Assembly (NCBI GenBank): GCA_963977445.1
Contig: CAXBPH010000243.1
Location: 1-10,586, forward strand
Origin: an uncultured bacterium
GTDB lineage: Bacteria > Hydrogenedentota > Hydrogenedentia > Hydrogenedentales > JAEUWI01
Direction of reading: 5' to 3'
DNA length: 10,586 nt
Positions 1 to 5,556 of the stretch are shown piece by piece; within the stretch, counting starts at the first letter, position 1, and each line of letters opens with the position of its first letter. Under the pieces are notes generated by a model. It saw only the letters and a list, made by a program, of their open reading frames with translations, was not told the DNA's origin and ran no database searches. A program made the position numbers and the translations under genes.

Positions 1-80
1 GCCTCCGGCACTTGAAGTATCAATTGAATCATCCCCACTAATTGCCCATGAACCATCAAAATCACCAAGGAGGACAATCC

Positions 81-176
81 GTGAAACTTCCACCAGCACG
101 AATAATGTTGGTTCTGTTTACTGCCTTTTTATGTTCTTGTGGACAGGACAAGGTGAACAATCTCGTTAGTGGATAG
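81..176 (+). CDS. Putative 31-aa small ORF with a lipoprotein-type signal peptide (small lipoprotein or truncated gene remnant)
   Basis: Perfect SD AAGGAGG at 67-73, 7 nt before GTG at 81, stop TAG at 174-176. Translation is MKLPPARIMLVLFTAFLCSCGQDKVNNLVSG: basic N-terminus, hydrophobic core, lipobox-like LCS-C followed by GQ. Too short for the ORF track. Confidence 0.4.
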   Translation: MKLPPARIMLVLFTAFLCSCGQDKVNNLVSG

Positions 177-232
177 GAACCCCTGTTTCAATAGCCCATG
201 TATACGCCGAGATAGTGACGTACCGACAGTTC

Positions 233-241
233 TGCTACAAT
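233..241 (+). promoter_or_regulatory. Extended -10 sigma70-type promoter candidate for the TA operon
   Basis: TGcTACAAT (TGn plus 5/6 match to TATAAT), ending 8 nt before the ATG at 250 and 29 nt before the ATG at 271. No good -35. Confidence 0.45.
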
Positions 242-270
242 TAAGGGGCATGAAAACGGAGGATTCCCAG

Positions 271-570
271 ATGGACTTGTCGATCACAGTTAATAAGGAG
301 GAAATCGCAGCCTTCTGTCGCAGACACCATCTCACGAAGTTGGCGCTATTCGGCTCGGTGCTTACCGAACGATTCGGACCGGCCAGTGACGTGGATGTGC
401 TCTTTGAGTACCATCCCGATCATATTCCAACGCTGTTTGACGTAGCAGCCATGGAGGAAGAGTTGAGTCGCATGTTTGGCCGCAGGGCAGACATGCGGAC
501 ACCGCGAGATCTTAGCCACCATTTCCGTGACGAGGTTATTCTGAGCGCCTTGATTCAGTATGCTGCTTGA
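271..570 (+). CDS. mntA: Minimal nucleotidyltransferase (MNT) antitoxin, MntA family
   Basis: LALFGSVLTERFGPASDVDVL is the GSX10DXD nucleotidyltransferase motif. The N-terminal 'IAAFCRRHHLTKLALFGS' and C-terminal 'LSRMFGRRADM' segments are typical of MNTs. Start placed at ATG 271 (GGAGG at 258-262, 99 aa). ATG 250 is an alternative, and the ORF-track start at 169 is probably too long. Confidence 0.92.
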   Translation: MDLSITVNKEEIAAFCRRHHLTKLALFGSVLTERFGPASDVDVLFEYHPDHIPTLFDVAAMEEELSRMFGRRADMRTPRDLSHHFRDEVILSALIQYAA

Positions 571-913
571 TTCCGATCGAAACCGATTGCTTCACATGGT
601 CGAGGCTGCGCGTCAGTGCCTGGTCTTTGTCGAAGGCAGGGAACGGGTTGAACTCGATACGGACATCCAATTGCGATTCGCGCTTCTCCGTGCCTTGGAG
701 ATTGTGGGAGAGGCCGCCAGTCGCGTAACGCCGGAGACGCGCGCGGCCCATCCTGAGATTCCCTGGCAACCCATCGTCGGCGCGCGAAACCGCCTGGTTC
801 ACGCCTACTTCGACATAGACCTCGACATCGTCTGGGCAACCGCAACGAAGGCGCTACCTGCGCTTGTGGAAATGCTGGAACGATTACTGGGTGAAGATAG
901 TGGCAGAGAATAA
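560..913 (+). CDS. hepT: HEPN-domain (DUF86) ribonuclease toxin, HepT family
   Basis: RNRLVHAY is the RX4HXY motif. 'LEIVGEAASRV...HPEIPW..IVGARN..H.YFDIDLDIVW' is a classic DUF86 signature. 117 aa, overlapping the MNT gene by 11 nt (likely translational coupling). Confidence 0.93.
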   Translation: MLLDSDRNRLLHMVEAARQCLVFVEGRERVELDTDIQLRFALLRALEIVGEAASRVTPETRAAHPEIPWQPIVGARNRLVHAYFDIDLDIVWATATKALPALVEMLERLLGEDSGRE

Positions 914-941
914 CCCACGCGCTGGCGGCCTTTGCGTAGCC

Positions 942-1110
942 GGGACAGGAGCAGCTGGGTCAACAGGGACGTCAGCGACCAGCAAAACTAAAATAAAGGC
1001 GAAGTTTCCTACAAGTGACCAAAGTGCTGCCACGCAAGCGATGCTTTAAGTCCTTTTCTGCGCCCCTTCCGAGTGTTCCTGTCGTCCCTCACCTTTCCGT
1101 CCTTTCCCTT
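942..1110. repeat. Degenerate intergenic inverted-repeat element (purine-rich GGGAC arm, pyrimidine-rich GTCC/GTCCC arm)
   Basis: AGGGACGTCAGCGAC (965-979) matches the reverse complement of GTTCCTGTCGTCCCT (1075-1089) at 12/15. GACAGGAGCA (944-953) matches the reverse complement of TGTTCCTGTC (1074-1083) at 9/10. The left arm shows a ~9-nt periodicity. Confidence 0.4.
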
Positions 1111-1137
1111 GATTTTTTCTTCCCTGCGCGTTAAGGT
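1109..1137 (+). promoter_or_regulatory. Sigma70-type promoter candidate for the symporter
   Basis: TTGATT (1109-1114), 17-nt spacer, TAAGGT (1132-1137). The -10 box is bracketed by a CCTGCGCG direct repeat (1123-1130 and 1140-1147). Confidence 0.45.
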
Positions 1138-1194
1138 GACCTGCGCGGAGAGAGCCGCCGTTTTACCCCCACCCAGAATTGCGGAGAAGATCCC

Positions 1195-2802
1195 ATGCAG
1201 GCCGTTACCATCATCACCTTTGTCTTTTTTACGGGCCTGGTCGGCTTCATCACCTGGCGCATGACGCGCAAAGACGATCACGGGACGACGGATGGTTATT
1301 TCCTGGCCGGGCGCAGCCTCACGGGGGGCTTTATTGCCGGTTCGCTGATGCTGACCAACCTCTCCACCGAGCAGCTGGTGGGTCTCAATGGCGCCGCCTT
1401 CACCGATGGCTTTTCCGTCATGGCGTGGGAGGTGCTGGCGGCCATGTCGCTGGTGGTGATGGCCCTTTTTTTTCTGCCCCGCTACCTCAAGAGTGGTATT
1501 GCGACGATTCCCGATTTTCTGGCCCTGCGCTTTGATCACACGACCCGTTCCATTACGAATGTGATTTTTATTTTCGCCTACACGGCCATCCTGCTGCCCA
1601 TTATCCTCTACACGGGTGCCACGGGCCTCAACGGCATCCTCGACATGCAGGCCCTCACGGGGCTCCCCTCGGAAACCGCCACCCTCTGGTTTACGGTCTG
1701 GCTCGTGGGTATCATTGGCTCCCTCTATGCCATTTTTGGTGGCCTGCGCACCGTCGCCGTATCAGACACCCTCAATGGTTTTGGCCTGTTGGTGGGGGGT
1801 GTGCTGATTACGTGGTTTGGCCTGAGTACGCTGGGGGGGGACGGTGGCTTTTTCCAGGGGCTGGAAACCTTGAAGACCCAGCACCCCGAGAAACTCAATT
1901 CCATCGGCGGCGTGGACCAGCAAGTACCCTTTCTTACCCTTTTCACGGGAGTGCTCCTGCTCAATCTCTTTTACTGGTGCACCAACCAGCAGATCATCCA
2001 GCGTACCTTCGGGGCGAGTAGCCTGAAGGAAGGCCAGAAGGGCGTCTTGCTCGCGGGCTTCTTCAAAGTCCTGGCACCACTGATTCTGGTGTTGCCCGGC
2101 GTGATTGCCTACCACCTCTACAGTGCAGACGGCATCAAGAGTGACCACGCCTATGGCACGTTGGTGCGGAACGTACTCCCCGCGCCCCTCGTGGGATTCT
2201 TCGCGGCCGTCCTCGTGGGGGCTATCCTCAGTTCCTTCAACTCCGCGCTGAACAGCACCTGCACCCTTTTCAGCCTGGGGGTCTACAAGCATTGGATTAA
2301 GCCCGATGCCGACCATCAGCAGCTCATCAAATCCGGAAAGATTTTTGGTATTGTCATTGCCCTTTCCGCCATGTGCATGGCACCGGCACTCGCGGGGCAA
2401 GATGGTATCTTCGGCTACCTCCAACAGATGAATGGCCTCTACTTCATCCCCATTTTTGCCGTGGTCGTAGTGGGAATGGCCAACAAACGGGTGCCCGCGG
2501 TTGCTGCCAACATCGCCTTGCTCCTCGGCTTCACCGCGATAGCCGCTGGTTACTGGATGCCGGGCGTGAGCGATTTGGTGGGTAAGATCAACGGATTTCA
2601 TTATCTGGGGATTGTATTCGCAACACTCATTGCCCTGCAGCTTGCAATAGGCGTCCTGGCACCGCGCGCTACCGCGTGGGAACAGGTAGATGCCAAGATC
2701 ATCGATCTGACGCCCTGGAAATTCGCACGGCCCATGGGGGCGTTGTTGGTTGTCCTGGTCCTGACGATTTATGTGCTGCTGGCCGATTTTTCGATAGTGT
2801 AG
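1195..2802 (+). CDS. yidK: Sodium:solute symporter (SSS/SLC5), YidK-like, probable sugar or sugar-derivative importer
   Basis: 535 aa with many hydrophobic TM-length segments. SSS motifs [47 protein letters not shown] and [15 protein letters not shown]-like GGAG(A) lies just upstream of ATG 1195. Confidence 0.9.
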   Translation: MQAVTIITFVFFTGLVGFITWRMTRKDDHGTTDGYFLAGRSLTGGFIAGSLMLTNLSTEQLVGLNGAAFTDGFSVMAWEVLAAMSLVVMALFFLPRYLKSGIATIPDFLALRFDHTTRSITNVIFIFAYTAILLPIILYTGATGLNGILDMQALTGLPSETATLWFTVWLVGIIGSLYAIFGGLRTVAVSDTLNGFGLLVGGVLITWFGLSTLGGDGGFFQGLETLKTQHPEKLNSIGGVDQQVPFLTLFTGVLLLNLFYWCTNQQIIQRTFGASSLKEGQKGVLLAGFFKVLAPLILVLPGVIAYHLYSADGIKSDHAYGTLVRNVLPAPLVGFFAAVLVGAILSSFNSALNSTCTLFSLGVYKHWIKPDADHQQLIKSGKIFGIVIALSAMCMAPALAGQDGIFGYLQQMNGLYFIPIFAVVVVGMANKRVPAVAANIALLLGFTAIAAGYWMPGVSDLVGKINGFHYLGIVFATLIALQLAIGVLAPRATAWEQVDAKIIDLTPWKFARPMGALLVVLVLTIYVLLADFSIV

Positions 2803-2829
2803 TCGGGAGACGGCGGATTTCGGTTGACC

Positions 2830-5358
2830 CTATTTAACCGTGAATTGTGCCTCGGCCACCATCCCCGTTGTCCGGTCGCGTATGCGTAAGGTCCAGCTTC
2901 CCGGGCTGTCGTTTAAACCTGCTATAAAGGGCAGCGTGAGTCGGCCTTCCGTTGCACAATAGTCGCCGCTGTAGGCGCTGTTTTCCCCCTTGGCATCGGT
3001 GAGGGTGACGCCCATGGGCTGCAACCCGGCGATGGGGACGCCGTTGCTGTCTTCGAGGAAGGCATTCAGTGTGGTATGCACGGCCAGGTCGACCACGGGC
3101 GGTGTGACGATGCGCAGCGTGGCAGGGGGCGCGGGATAGAGGGCGAGGATGGTGCCGCCCAGTTCGTCCAGCGCGACCGGGATATGCCAGCCCGATTCAT
3201 CATGGGTGGCGGAAAGTCGTTTGCCGTGCACCATGTCATAGGCGACCAGGGTGTCACCGGCCCAATCGCGGAGGGTCACGGTGGTGTCGATGGGCACGAG
3301 CTTGTCCAACACCGCCTTGTATTGTAGTCCGGCCCGCTCACCGTATTCCCGGTTGTCGTTGATCAGCACCAGATACCGGGCACCATCCTTTTCGAGCGCG
3401 TTAAGGAGGGCCCGTGGCGTGTCGCAATACACTGCGGGCTCCACCTTGCCCGCCAGGCCCGCCTTCAGTTGGGCGGCGTAGCCCTCCATGATGCGCTGGT
3501 CGTCCAGGGCCGTCACGCCGACCACTTCCTGTAAGGCCGCGCTGTCGGGCTGGAGCTGATCGTTCCAGTCCGCGAAGTCCGTATTGTTTGCGATGGCGTT
3601 CGCGCTGATTTTCTTCCGGTAGGTGAAGTCGAAGTCGAAGCGCAACACATCGGGCAGTTCCGCACCGAGATATTGGTCGGCGATGACAAGCCCTCCACGG
3701 GCCTGAAAGGCCTCAATTTCGCGATAGACCGACTCCGTTATAGCATCGCACTTGGGCAAGACCAGCACGTCGTAGCCGTCGAGTCCATAGCGTTCGATGG
3801 TCTCATCAAGGACCACATCGGCGTTGAGATGGTTCATGGCGAGGAGGGTATAGAAATGGTATATCTGGAGGTTGCGATAGTGGCCCAACAGATTGGGCGA
3901 GGTGCCGTGGATGCCCGCCGCCATGGAGCTGAGCACGGCAACCCGTCGGGGTGCGATTTCCGCCTGCGTTAAAAACGGTCCAAGGGGCTTGAAGACATTT
4001 TCGCTCAACTCCCGGATGGCTTCGCTGGTGGCATAGGGCACGTTGATGGTGTCTTCGCCCTGGGGGTTGCAGGCGCTGGAGTAGTAATAACCCAAGGCCT
4101 TCGGCGCACGGGACAGGTTTATCCACGTGGTTACCTTGGTCCGCGCCGGGCCCATGAGCATCCACTCTTCCGTGGGGGCCAGTTGTCCGGGGTAGTTGAG
4201 GAGGGTGACGGTGTGGAGTGCTTCCGCACCGGTCCGGCCTGCGGCGGCCCGCAACGTTTCGATGAAAAGCATGAACTTGGGATCGGGATTGGTGTAGGTC
4301 CAAGTGCTGATGGCGTCGATGCCCGGAAACATATCGAGGAGTCCCGCCTCGCGGTAGGGGTCGTTTACCGTCAAAATGTCGGGGCGATAGCGCTTGACCA
4401 TCTCCGACGTGTGCTGATTGGCCAAAACCAGGCCGTTGCCCTGCTGGTAGTGAAATTTCCAGTATTGGTATTGGGGGTCGTCATCGGCAAGGACGCCCTT
4501 CTTAACCCACTTGGCCTCGCTCACCGGTGGCGTGGTCGCTCCGAGCACATCCTCCATCAGCGCGAGGCCCGCCACGTTGCGGTTGGTCTCGAGGGCATCG
4601 ACAATCTCCGTGTTAAAGAAAGCCGTCTTCACCTGAGGAAAGTGCTGGACAAATTCCATGAGCTTCCGGTTGGCGTCATTCTGAATTCGGGCAACCTCCG
4701 GATGAAAGGGATTGGCCACGGGATTCTTCTCGTGAGATTCCATGCCCAGGTTGGTGGCGTCGGGATCGGCTAAGGTGGTGGGGTCCACATCACGCAGACC
4801 GCCGTTGGGGCGAATCCCCACATCGCCGCCGGCCACCAGCGCCTGATCCAGTGCGCGGGACCAGTTCTCCGCCGTGTAATCCGTCTCCCACCCCGGCCCG
4901 GAGAGTGTCGTGAAGCCGTGGTCCATATACCAGGTGGAGCCGCCGCCGCCCCAGAGCCAAACCATTAGCCGGTCCGGGTTCGGCGCGTGAACGGTCGTCA
5001 ATTCGGTGGCTTCGGAGCTAACTTCCAAAACCGGGTTGGTGTACACGCCCCGAAGTTCATAGACACCGGCCTTCCATTGTGACACGGGCAGGGAATGGCC
5101 GCCCCGATAGGTCGCACCTGGGGCCAAGGTGGGGATGGTCACTCGGTACGTCTCAACGCCACCCAGCGTCAACACCACCTCGCCCGCCGCCAGGGCCGTG
5201 CCCCCCGTGTTTGTCACCTGGATTCCCACCATGGGTGTCTCGCTGCGGTAGAAGGCCTGGCGATTCATGGGCGTGGAGAGGGATAGGCTGACCGTATCGG
5301 CACCGGGCGCCGCAAGGGCACCCGTCAACATCAATACGAAGCAAGATAGTTTGAGCAT
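2830..5358 (-). CDS. Exported multidomain GH42-like putative glycoside hydrolase: Ig/CARDB-like N-domain, putative TIM barrel, beta-galactosidase trimerisation (class I GATase-like) domain, C-terminal Ig/MG2-like domain
   Basis: Signal peptide MLKLSCFVLMLTGALAAPGA from ATG 5358 with AGGGA upstream, preferred to the TTG at 5391. 'RVAVLSS...NADVVLDETIERYGLDGYDVLVLPKCDAITESVYREIEAFQARGGLVIAD' matches the trimerisation-domain pattern. 'IQVTNTG...IPTLAPG...AGVYEL' is CARDB-like and 'NDSPGSWTLRIRD' is MG2-like. The CDS is secure, the function is inferred. Confidence 0.7.
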   Translation of the reverse strand: MLKLSCFVLMLTGALAAPGADTVSLSLSTPMNRQAFYRSETPMVGIQVTNTGGTALAAGEVVLTLGGVETYRVTIPTLAPGATYRGGHSLPVSQWKAGVYELRGVYTNPVLEVSSEATELTTVHAPNPDRLMVWLWGGGGSTWYMDHGFTTLSGPGWETDYTAENWSRALDQALVAGGDVGIRPNGGLRDVDPTTLADPDATNLGMESHEKNPVANPFHPEVARIQNDANRKLMEFVQHFPQVKTAFFNTEIVDALETNRNVAGLALMEDVLGATTPPVSEAKWVKKGVLADDDPQYQYWKFHYQQGNGLVLANQHTSEMVKRYRPDILTVNDPYREAGLLDMFPGIDAISTWTYTNPDPKFMLFIETLRAAAGRTGAEALHTVTLLNYPGQLAPTEEWMLMGPARTKVTTWINLSRAPKALGYYYSSACNPQGEDTINVPYATSEAIRELSENVFKPLGPFLTQAEIAPRRVAVLSSMAAGIHGTSPNLLGHYRNLQIYHFYTLLAMNHLNADVVLDETIERYGLDGYDVLVLPKCDAITESVYREIEAFQARGGLVIADQYLGAELPDVLRFDFDFTYRKKISANAIANNTDFADWNDQLQPDSAALQEVVGVTALDDQRIMEGYAAQLKAGLAGKVEPAVYCDTPRALLNALEKDGARYLVLINDNREYGERAGLQYKAVLDKLVPIDTTVTLRDWAGDTLVAYDMVHGKRLSATHDESGWHIPVALDELGGTILALYPAPPATLRIVTPPVVDLAVHTTLNAFLEDSNGVPIAGLQPMGVTLTDAKGENSAYSGDYCATEGRLTLPFIAGLNDSPGSWTLRIRDRTTGMVAEAQFTVK

Positions 5359-5483
5359 GATGGGTTCCCTGCGTGTTTTTAGACATTGCAACCGGCCAGT
5401 CGGAACGACATTGAACGGATTACTTCATCCCACTACCATAGGAAGACGATTGTAGTGCTTGCCTGAACGGGATTCCACCCAAG

Positions 5484-5492
5484 ATTATGGCA
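5484..5492 (-). promoter_or_regulatory. Extended -10 promoter candidate for the minus-strand GH-like gene
   Basis: The minus strand reads TGcCATAAT over 5492-5484. A second minus-strand TACAAT lies at 5454-5449. Confidence 0.3.
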
Positions 5493-5556
5493 CGTGCATG
5501 AGTTTCCGGAGAGACATTGACGGGGCCCCAGGGTCCCATTGGAAAGATGACCCGCT

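Noticed and set aside
1..117. Minus-strand open frame running off the left edge (VLVEVSRIVLLGDFDGSWAISGDDSIDTSSAGG)
   Set aside because: It looks somewhat protein-like but has no convincing SD or start, and it conflicts with the plus-strand micro-ORF. It cannot be judged without upstream sequence.
169..270. N-terminal extension of the MNT ORF from GTG 169
   Set aside because: It spans the likely promoter and has no MNT-like sequence. ATG 271 has a good SD and gives the usual ~100-aa size.
560..913. HEPN gene as part of a CRISPR-Cas or larger defence system
   Set aside because: No CRISPR repeats, cas genes or other defence genes are in the window. It is a stand-alone DUF86 toxin paired with an MNT.
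1466..1840. Homopolymer tracts T8 (1466-1473) and G8 (1833-1840) in the symporter as phase-variation sites
   Set aside because: They are short, in frame and explained by Phe and Gly codons. There is no evidence of slippage.
1009..2601. Minus-strand ORFs 1009-1539 and 1762-2601
   Set aside because: Antisense shadows of the symporter with low-information H/G/Q/E-rich composition.
5488..5503. Possible sigma54 promoter TGGCACG
   Set aside because: The -24 element is present but the -12 TTGC is missing (reads TGAG).
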